A stretch of 64,000 bases of DNA from the NCBI GenBank assembly GCA_043228905.1, contig JBHGNT010000005.1, forward strand, positions 15,500,001 through 15,564,000. Direction: 5' to 3'. Within the stretch, counting starts at the first letter, position 1. The number at the start of each line of letters is the position of its first letter. This stretch comes from Azolla caroliniana (lineage: Eukaryota > Plantae > Polypodiophyta). Positions 53,853 to 64,000 of this stretch are shown piece by piece. The notes under the pieces are model-generated. The model was not told where the DNA came from and searched no databases. It saw nothing but the letters and a program-made list of their open reading frames with translations. The translations under genes and the position numbers were made by a program.

Positions 53853-54189
53853 ATGTACTTTTTGCTCAATGATATATAACAAAATTTGACAGATTGTTTT
53901 AAAATCTTTTGCTTTTGAAATCCTCAAGATCTAAAAACTTATTAGTTGTCATTTTTCCTTAAAAATACACAAAGTTACTTTTCGTATTTGACCAACATTT
54001 GGCATTTTTCAATTTTACCAAATGGTGAAAATTTTCAACTTTTTCATCAAGTTTTTGAGAACATGTGATACTAGTATTAAGGTGTTTTGTGAAATGGCAA
54101 AGAAAACTCCAAAATCAAACAAAATATTCCATATCCTTCCAGTTGTGCGTGATCCTTTCACTTGTTGTTACGGGCATGACCATATAATA

Positions 54190-55277
54190 TCCCGTGGTGA
54201 GAATTTACCGTAGTATTCTATACACGTGGATAAGTGTGAGGGTTAAACGAGAGTGTAAAGAAGGGGAGGATCCACATTGTTAATGGTCTGCTCTACCGTA
54301 ATGGGAAGGTTTGTGTTCCAGATTTACTTGAGGTCAAAAACAGAATTCTTTTTTATTGCCATGATGCACCCTCAGCAGGGCACCCCCGAATACATCATAC
54401 ATTCGTTCTCATCTCCACTCAATTCTATTGGCCTAAGATGCGTCCTTACATACATAACTATGTGACTAAATGTTACCAATGTCAGGTTAACAAAACCGAG
54501 CGACTTAAAGCTGCAAGACTTTTTCATCCCTTGGACATTCCCAATAATAAGTGGGAAAGTATATCCATGGATTTTATTGTTAGACTTCCTCGCACCCAAA
54601 AAGGCCATGATTCCATCTAGGTTGTGGTTGATAGACTAACTAAAATGGCCAGATTTATTGCTACCAAAACCATGGTAATATCTCCTGAATTAGCTTACCA
54701 ATTTGTTGACGAGTTATTTTGTTTTTATGGGTTACCGATGGATATCATGAGTGATCGAGATCCAAAGTTTAGTAGTGACTTCTGGATGCAAGTCTTTAAG
54801 ATGTTAGAAACTACGTTGAGCATGAGCTCCACGGATCATCCTCAATCCGATGGACAGACAATACGAGTAAATCAAATTATCGAGGACATGCTTCGACCAT
54901 ACGTTGGTGCAAAACCAACAAAATGGGAATATTATCTCCCAATTTTGGAGTTTGCTTATAATAGCTCCAAGCATACATCAACGGGATATAGTCCTTTTAT
55001 GTTGATGTATGGTTTTCAGCCACGAGCTCCGATTGATGTTAATATACATCATGATGAGTTGCGAAGTACGCAAAACTTTCTTCGGGATATGCAAGATATG
55101 TTGCATATTGCACGAGATAATATACAAATAGCTCAAGATAGAGCGTGTTTTTTATGCCGATCATAATAAGCAACCTCGTGTATTCAACCCTGGACAGAAG
55201 GTATTTTTACTTGTACCTCACAATTCTAAGACATTGTCTACGGGCAAGTGCGCTAAGTTAACCCCACGGTGTTGCGT
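54190..55277 (+). pseudogene. Gypsy integrase fragment, truncated by the LTR at 55278
   Basis: HDAPSAGHP, CYQCQ, WESISMDFI, VDRLTKMARF, SDRDPKF and HPQSDGQT. Confidence 0.88.
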
Positions 55278-57302
55278 TGTTACGCGCGTGCGTATAGAAG
55301 GGGTGGGACCACGGGGGTCTCGAAATAGGGAGTAGAGGAGAAAGAATAAGACACAAAATGGAAGCTTAGCTCAAGAGGAGATGAGAAAGAATAAGACAAT
55401 AACATAGAATAGATGGAGGCAAGATACTCAACAAGTTAGTTTAAAGAAACATAAACGCTTTACAATGTTGGCCGCATTGTCCGCACCAAACGACTATGAG
55501 AAAACCCTAGAAGAATAAGCAAGTAGCGAAGTATAGTAAAACCCTAACTGAAACCCAAGAAGAAAACCCTAACCAAAATCCTAAAACCGAATAGGAAACC
55601 CTCGACCTAAGTGGTATGCCTCTCCCTCAAAATAGGCAACCCCTTCATAAGTGACCCCTCCCTTCCTTTTATAGCCCAAGGGAGGGGGGGACCTTACAAT
55701 GTGGGATAAAATCCCCCCTCTTATTTCTATACACCATTTCCTAGTATACATGTGCACATGGTGCACACCACCGATTTGCCTATTCCACCCCGGTTTCCGC
55801 CTATGGATGAAAATCTTCACGACATCCGCCCCCACCAAACCACACATCCACCGGTATGTGCCAAGAAAGATGAAGAGGTGAGATTTTTCGGCCATTGTGA
55901 TAAAACCGAGGTCCGCCGTGTCCTCGTTGGCCTCGCTCGGCTTCATTTCCATTTCGAGCACGCCCGTCCCTTCCACACGAACCATCGTAGCATCCCGTTC
56001 CAACGTATCCGTCGCATGTCCTCAAGCGGACGGCTCCAACCAATCCACCACGTCCACCGTGTGTCCCCGAAACATCGACTCCATCCGAACCGCCATATCC
56101 ACTGCACGCGCCTTCCTCCCCGGTCGGTCCTCCCGAACGCCATTGTCGATCCGGTCACTCTTTCTTTGTCTGCCATGTAGGTCCTCCGATTAGGCCCTCG
56201 GTCACCCCATTTGCTCGCCGGATTCCGCCCCTCGCGTACCTCTTGTGTTCTATCTCCGGCTTGATCCTCTCTTCGTCTCGAACACCTTGTGCCGATTCCC
56301 TCCGTTCCACGTTCACCTTCTGTAGGCTCTTTCCGTGTGCCCTTGTTGTCTCCCGAACATGCACTCGTTCTTCGGTCCCTCGGCGACCTCATTACGCGCT
56401 CCTCGCTTCTCCTTTGCTCACCGTGCTCTCTCGCCGTAGAGCGTACCGTCATCCCGACCACCATGTCAGTGTCCTTCGCGACTCCCGTTACCGCTTCATC
56501 CCAACTCTCGTCCTCTTGGCCCGCTTAGCCTCGCATGCCTTCCGGGACGTTGCGCTTCCTCTTCCCAGCCCGTAGCCCGTTGCTCTCCACGCACCTCCTC
56601 CGGTTCTCAAGACATAGCCTTCCATGCTCGCCGATCATCCGCCGATACCGGCACCTCACTGCTCCGTCTCTTGCCGCGTGCATTCCTCGCAAAGGCTCGT
56701 ATGTCCTCCGGGTGCGCTCCCGATCTCTCCGATCGCACTCCGGATTCCTCCCTTTTCGTGCCGCGTATATTCCTCCTTTTGTTTCATCGTCTCCGCATGC
56801 CGAACACCTTGGTGTGTCGACTCTTCCCGCTTCGCGCTTGCCTTCCGTAGGCTCTTCCCGTGCGCCGATGTTGTCCCCCGAATATGCGCTCATTCTTTGG
56901 CCCTTAGGTGACCCCATTACGCGCACCTCGATTCTCCCTTGCTCTCCGTGCTCTCTCATAGTAGAGTGTATCGTCATCCCGACCTTCGTGTCGGTGTCTC
57001 TCGAGGCTCTCGTCACCGCCTCGCCTTGACTTGCGCCCTCTTGGCCCGCCTGTCCTTGCATGCCCTCCGGGAAGCCGCGCTTCCTCTTCCCGGCGCGTAG
57101 CCCATTGCTCTCCGCGCACCTTCTTCGGTTCTCAAGACATAACCTTTCGTGCTCACCGATCATTCGCCAATACCGGAACCCCACCACTCCGTCTCTCGCC
57201 GTGTGCTTGCCTCTCAAAGGCTCGACCGGTCCGCCATTGCCAATCACTCGTTGTAGCTCTCTCGGATGCATGCTCGTTCTTGGGCCCTTCACCGACCGTA
57301 AT

Positions 57303-60300
57303 TGTTGGGATTACGGTCCCTTCGGATGGGATGGTCGGATGTCGGAGATGAATGCCGACAAGCCCGGTTTCGGTTTCGGAACCGGATGATGAAGACCCCG
57401 ACTTCGGAGCCGGACGACGAATGTACCCGGAGAGAGATCCGGATGCGGGGACATATCTGTGAATATGTTTGCCAAGGGCCCTTGAGGCTATAGTTGTAAA
57501 TAGCCCCAAAGTCATATGTGTATAAATATGACTTAGGGCAAACAGTTTTAATGTTGCTACTCATTTTTCTGTTTTTCCACTCAAGAGGAGTGAAGAGAGA
57601 GCAGCCGTGAGAGAGATAGAGCGTGAGAGAGGAAGAGGTCGACGCCTCTGTGTATTTCCGCCGCCTGTGGCGAGGACAGCGTGCTCAAGGTCGTCGCCTT
57701 GCAGCTCGCCATTGTATACTTCTCTGTGCATAGTTTTGGTTTGGAGTCTTGTACTCCCGTGGTTTTTCCCGTACAGGGTTTTCCACGTTAAATCGTGTGT
57801 CCACTCTATTTTTCGCATTTCCTATTTTCTGCAACAACGATTCGTGTGTTTCCTTGGTTGTGGCCGAGAGGTGAAGTTTGGAAAGTGACGATTATTTTCC
57901 ATCAATTTGGTATCAGAGCGAGCTGCTGCAGAAAATGGAAGGCGGCGGCAGCGGGCAGCCGGGGATGATGGTGCTGAATGCGCAGAATTACGCCGACTGG
58001 AAGATCAAGATGGAGGATCTTCTGATTGTTCGGGACCTGTACGAACCGATTGACAGGTCGGAAATACCGAAGGGAGTACTTGAGTCGGAATGGAGGCTTC
58101 TGAACCGGAAAGCCGTTGCAACCATTCGGCAATACGTAGACGTGAGCGTTCTACAACATGTGGCGAACGACACCAACGCATATGAGATGTGGCGGAAGCT
58201 GTCGGGCCTCTACGAGAGGAAGAATGCGTTGAACCGGACCTCCCTGATGAGGAAGATAGTGAACCTCAAGTACCGGGACGGCGAGAGTATGGTGGAACAC
58301 GTAAGCACGTTCATGGGATTCGTGAACCAGCTTGCGGCGATCAAGTTCCCGTTGGAGGATGCAATGCAAGCCATCATGCTAATGTGTACATTGCCGGAAA
58401 GCTGGGAGAACTTGGTGGTGACTCTCAGCACCTCCTGCACCGAAGATAACTTGTCCCTACAAACGGTAAAGACAAGCATTTTGAACGAAGAAGCGCGTCA
58501 GAGAGATAAAGAACCGGCCTCCGATCCGAAGATGCTGCTTACCGAATCGGATCAGGGAAGACAATGGAACCGGAGTCCGCAAAGACGGGAGAAGTCGGGG
58601 ACCCGGTCGCAGTCAAGAGGAAGACCCACATGCTTCCACTGTGGGAAGCCGGGGCACTTCCGGAAGAATTGTCGGCATTACCGAAAGGACAACGGAGCCG
58701 ATGACACCGATTCGAAGAAGTCACCGGAGAGAAACGGTGCATACCGGGGAGCCACGGACCGGAGAGGTCCATCGGCGAGGGCAGGACCGGAAAGGAACGA
58801 CGGCACTCGCGGCAAGTGAAGAGGAGATCATGCTCATCACCGAAGAAGGTGAACTAAACATTGCCGGCGATGAGACTACCTGGGTGGTCGATTCCGGAGC
58901 GTCGTTCCACCTGACCCCGGAAAGAAGATACTTCTCATCCTACACAGCCGGTGAGCATGGCTGTGTTCGGATGGGAAATGAAGGTACGTGCCGGATTGCC
59001 GGCATAGGAGACGTGTGGTTGACAACCCCGACCGGATGCAAAATGCTGCTAAAGGATGTCCGACACGTTCCGGAGGTTCGATTGAACCTGATTTCGGCCG
59101 GGAGGCTAGACGATGAAGGCTACACAGGTAGCATCCGGAACGGCGTAATGAAGTTCAGCAAGGGGAGCCTGATAGTGGCTCGAGCCCGGAAAGTCAACAC
59201 ACTGTACCTTATGAATGCCTGGTTGTGTCCGGAAGAGTTGAACGTGGCGGCCGACACTGCCGGTGAGCTGTGGCACAAGAGACTGTGTCACATGAGTGAG
59301 AAGGGGATGAAGAGGCTTGCAGAAGACAACCTTATTCCAGTGAAGCATGTGCACCTAGAGAAGTGCACCGATTCCCTGGCCGGTAAGCAGAACCGAACCT
59401 CCTTCCATTCAAGGCCACCGACGAGACGTAGCGCACCATTGGAGTTGGTGCACACTGATGTGTGTCAGGTAGAAACGAAGTCACATGGCGGAGCCCAGTA
59501 CTTCGTAACATTCATTGATGATCACAGCCGGAAGCTGTGGACGGCACCGTTGAAGACAAAGGACCAAGTGTTGTGCGTCTTCAAAGAACTCCACGCGAGA
59601 GTGGAAAGGGAATCCGGCAAGAAGCTGAAAGCGATACGAGCGGATAACGGAGGGGAATACCGGGGGCAGTTCGCGGAGTACTGTCGCTCGAAGGGAATCC
59701 GGCTCGAGTTTACTATGCCGAAGACGCCGGAACTGAACGGGCTGGCCGAGAGGATGAACCGGACCATAATGGAGAGGGTCCGGAGTATGCTGGCGCATGC
59801 GAAATTACCCAAGGGGTTTTGGGCTGAGGCAATGTCGACGGCGACATACGTGATAAACAGATCACCCTCAGTACCTTTGGACGGAGACACGCCACAGAGA
59901 GTGTGGACCGGCAGGGATGTATCCTACCGGCATCTGAAGGTGTTCGCGTGTCTCGCATATGTGCATGTGGCTAAGGACCGGAGAGGAAAGCTAGATCCAA
60001 AGACCCGGCCATGCATATTCCTCGGTTACGGCGATGACGAGTTCTGCTACCGAGTATGGGACCCGGTCGACAAGAAGATATTCCGGAGTCGTGATATCAT
60101 CTTCATGGAGAACAAGACACTCGCCGACTGGGAGTCGGAGAAGAAGATGAAGAGCTCCAAGTCGACCGGTGAGGATCAATTCTACGAGGAGCAGTCCCGA
60201 CCGGCAAGGGACCGGTTAGCACTCGAGGATCCGGCCGAAGACGGTGAAGAAACAGAACCGGCCGAAGAAGATGAAAATAATACCGGAACCGGCCCCGATC

Positions 60301-62619
60301 CCGAAATGGATTTGGATGAAGAAGAATCGGAAGAACCGGTTACCGAAGCTCCGGAACGGAGATATCCTCTAAGAGAGAGAAGGGCCCCCCGGAGATTTCC
60401 GGACCCAGAGCACGTGCTGCTAACCGACGAGGGGGAGCCGGAGAGCTTTGAAGAAGCAAAGCATGACACCCAGAGCCGCAGGTGGTTGAGTGCCATGCAG
60501 GACGAGATGGATTCCCTGCATGAGAACCACACATATGAACTTGTGGAGTTGCCGAAAGGAAAGCGAGCACTTCGAAACAAGTGGGTGTTCAAGCTGAAAC
60601 CGGGAGATGCCGGAAACCCCCCGAGATACAAAGCCAGGATCGTGGTGAAGGGGTTTCAGCAGAAGAAGGGCGTCGACTTCGACAAGATATTTGCCTCGGT
60701 AGTGAAGATGACCTCAATCCGGACGGTGCTGAGCATAGCGGCAAGCATGGACCTCGAGGTAGAACAGATGGACGTGAAGACGGCATTCCTTCACGGTGAC
60801 CTCAAAGAAGAGATCTACATGCAACAACCGGAAGGATTCGAGAAGAAAGGGAAGGAGCACCTGGTATGCCGGTTGAAGAAGAGCCTTTACGGACTGAAGC
60901 AGGCTCCCCGGCAATGGTACCGGAAGTTCGACTCTTTCATGACCGACGAAGGGTACCTCAAAACGCAGTCCGACCACTGCGTGTTTGTGAAGAAGTTCGA
61001 AGGAGGAGACTTTCTAATACTCCTCCTGTACGTGGACAACATGTTGATCGTCGGACGAGACCAGGTCAAGATACGGATGCTGAAGAAGGCCCTTCACCGA
61101 ACCTTCTCAATGAAGGACCTGGGTCCGGCGAGGCAAATACTAGGGATGCACATCATCCGGGACCGGAAGAAGAAGCAGTTGTGGCTGTCACAGGAGAAGT
61201 ACGTGACAAAGGTGCTTCACCAGTTCAACATGTCGGAAGCAAGACCGGTCGGGTCAACACTCCCGGCAAACTGCAAGCTGTCCAGCAAGCAGAGCCCCAA
61301 GACAAAGGCTGAGAAGGAGGACATGATGAAAGTACCATATGCCTCTGCCGTCGGGAGCTTGATGTACGCAATGGTGTGTACCCGACCGGACATAGGATAT
61401 GCAGTCGGAGTGGTGAGTCGGTACATGAGCAATCCCGGCAAAGAGCATTGGAACGCGGCCAAGTGGATACTCCGATACCTGAAGGGCACGGCAAACGTGT
61501 GCCTCCGATTCGGCTCCGGTAAGCCCGAACTCGACAGCTTCACCGATTCGGATATGTCGGCTGATGCAGATACCAGCCGGTCCACATCAGGGTATGTGAT
61601 GACGTATGCAGGGGGAGCTGTTTCATGGCAGTCGAGGCTGTAGAAGACGGTTGCGTTGTCAACCACGGAGGCGGAGTACATGGCGGCTGTTGAAGCCGGC
61701 AAGGAAATAATATGCATGAAGGACTTCATTAGAGAGCTCGGTATCCGGGCAGGAGGAGTACCGACTCTACTGCGACAGTCAGAGTGCAATCCACCTTGCG
61801 AAGAACGCGGCCTATCACTCCCGGACGAAGCACATCCAGCGAAGATATCACTAGATCCGGGAAAGCATAGAAGACAAGGAGTTCGTGCTGACGAAGGTCC
61901 ACACGGACGAGAACGGGTCGGATATGTTGACCAAGGTGCTCACACCCGACAAGCTGGAAGCATGCCGGAAGAGGATCGGATTGAAGAGACATCCCATGCC
62001 GAAGTGAAGGGGGAGTTTGTTGGGATTACGGTCCCTTCGGATGGGATGGTCGGATGTCGGAGATGAATGCCGACAAGCCCGGTTTCGGTTTCGGAACCGG
62101 ATGATGAAGACCCCGACTTCGGAGCCGGACGACGAATGTACCCGGAGAGAGATCCGGATGCGGGGACATATCTGTGAATATGTTTGCCAAGGGCCCTTGA
62201 GGCTATAGTTGTAAATAGCCCCAAAGTCATATGTGTATAAATATGACTTAGGGCAAACAGTTTTAATGTTGCTACTCATTTTTCTATTTTTCCACTCAAG
62301 AGGAGTGAAGAGAGAGCAGCCGTGAGAGAGATAGAGCGTGAGAGAGGAAGAGGTCGACGCCTCTGTGTATTTCCGCCGCCTATGGCGAGGACAGCGTGCT
62401 CAAGGTCGTCGCCTTGCAGCTCGCCATTGTATACTTCTCTGTGCATAGTTTTGGTTTGGAGTCTTGTACTCCCGTGGTTTTTCCCGTACAGGGTTTTCCA
62501 CGTTAAATCGTGTGTCCACTCTATTTTTCGCATTTCCTATTTTCTGCAACAACGATTCGTGTGTTTCCTTGGTTGTGGCCGAGAGGTGAAGTTTGGAAAG
62601 TGACGATTATTTTCCATCA
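57303..62619 (+). mobile_element. Young full-length Ty1/copia (Tork/Tto1-like)
   Basis: 602-bp LTRs at 57303-57904 and 62018-62619 (2 differences seen). TSD GTAAT at 57298-57302 and 62620-62624. PBS tggtatcagagc at 57908-57919. PPT gaagggggag at 62006-62015. Confidence 0.97.
57935..62015 (+). pseudogene. copia gag-pol with two frameshifts and stops
   Basis: Gag LNAQNYADWKIKMEDLL and CFHCGKPGHFRKNC; protease WVVDSGASFH; integrase LVHTDVC and ADNGGEY; RT LYVDNML. TAG at 61641; frameshifts near 58750 and 61750. Confidence 0.92.
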
Positions 62620-64000
62620 GTAATGCATGCTTCGTGTTATGCCCTTCATCCACCGTAGACCTAACCTCCGCGTCGGCCACTTCTTCCTTTGTTGCCGTAG
62701 CTCGTTCCGACTCGGGATTGCCATCTTGGACCCGCTCGTCCATCATCTCATACCGAATACCCGTTCCGATAACTTTGTCCGCTTCGGCCTCCGACTCCTC
62801 GCCGCCACCCGCCGTCTCTCCGGTCTCACGTTGATCCGCAACCGCCAAAGTCTCTAGAATGGGTGTGGAAGGTCCCTCTCGCTCTCGGTCTTCCACCAAG
62901 CCGTGATCACCGTACCTGCTAGGCCTCCTCAATACGCTCACTGGCTCTCGTCGCGTTTTGTGATCCGTCCTCCCCGATCTCCAATCGGACCGGCATAGCC
63001 TTCGCTCGGATCGGTCTCGACCGATCGTGATCTGGTTCGGTCCTCTCTCTTTCACAATTGTCACCGACCGAACGATTCCGACCTTGCCGACTCTTCTTCA
63101 GTTTGGGCCCGGTTCGCCGGCCCTCGCTCCATTCTTCTTTCGCACTGTCTTCCGATTCCCAACTCTCCCCTTTCCACTCCCGACCTCTCTGTCGATCCTG
63201 TCGTATATGCCCGTTCCGGGCCTCGCATCCTCATCTTCGTACGTACTCGCTCCGGGCCACGCCTCCTCACGGCCACCGCCCATCTCTCTGGTCTCACGTT
63301 GACACTTGGGCACAACCGCTGAAGTCTCCGGCCCCGGTGTCGAGGGGTCTTGCCTCCGTCCGCTCCAATCTTCCTCGTCGTCATTTCGGTCACCCGCCTT
63401 GCCGCCGCCACCGCCTGTCACTGTAGGCCACACGCCGCCACTCGGAGCCTCTAGGACTGGTGTGGGTAAGGTCCCGGCACCTCCACTCGTCGTTGTTGTA
63501 GCCGCCTCCGTCCGGACGTCGTTGTTCGCGGCTCCCCCATCTCCGATTCCGCAAGCCTCGATTATGCTTGCCACCCCTTCTTCCTCGCTTTCCTTGCCAT
63601 TGTCTTGGTTTCCCTCCTTTCCAAGCCAACCGCCGGAGCCTCTAGGACCGGTGTGGGTAAGGACTCAGCACCGCCACTCGTTTTGTTCGTAGCCACCTCC
63701 ATTCGGTCATCGTCATCTGTGGCTACCTCGTCTCCATTTATGCTTGCCGCCACCTCTTCCTCGTCGTTCTCGCTGTTGTGGTTGCCCGCCTTGCTGCCGC
63801 CACCGCTCGTCGCTCTAGGTCTCATGCCGGCGCTCGGGCCAGCCACCGGAGCCTCTAGGACCGGTGTGGGTAAGGACCCGGCACCGCCGCTCGTTGTGTT
63901 CGTAGCCGCCTCCGTTCGGATGTCGTTGTCCGCGGCTAACCCGCCTCCGATTATGCAAGCCTCAATTACGCTTGCCGCCTCCCCTTCGTCGTCGTTTCGG

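Larger units (their letters stand above)
55278..64000 (-). mobile_element. Gypsy-family element related to 1910-13995: 3' LTR 55278-55824 plus a GC-rich repetitive internal region interrupted by a copia; extends past the window
   Basis: The LTR shares ggaccacgggggtct, ttttatagc and the terminus atcttcacgaca with the 1910 family. The adjacent PPT and flank (tccgcccccaccaaaccacacatccaccggtatgt) match 8052-8085. Confidence 0.75.

Overview
Eukaryotic, repeat-dense plant DNA; a non-seed land plant, probably a moss, is inferred from the element families. Most of the window is nested, decayed LTR retrotransposons. There are three full-length Ty1/copia elements with paired LTRs and 5-bp TSDs (2476-7861, 45843-51533, 57303-62619), a full-length tRNA-Trp-primed Ty3/gypsy (1910-13995) with a candidate -1 frameshift signal between protease and RT, and a tRNA-Arg-primed gypsy (34459 to the gap at 44039) with a very long extra coiled-coil ORF after integrase. 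The window also holds several LTR fragments, a 5'-truncated LINE, a Mutator-type foldback MITE and about 5 kb of CA/TA-derived satellite. The only intact host gene is a two-exon, ~1089-aa non-canonical NLR (helical N-terminus, NB-ARC, ARM-like repeats, His-Ser tail; RLS1-like) at 16544-20191 (-). The least obvious signal is absent from the ORF track: an intron-containing, decayed gene at ~44390-45842 (-), continuing beyond the copia insertion. It carries a recognisable SAM-binding motif I of beta-class (N6A/N4C) DNA amino-methyltransferases and lies head-to-head with a transposase-like remnant across an array of palindromes, suggesting a DNA transposon with methyltransferase cargo. All family assignments come from reading motifs by eye; no database searches were run.
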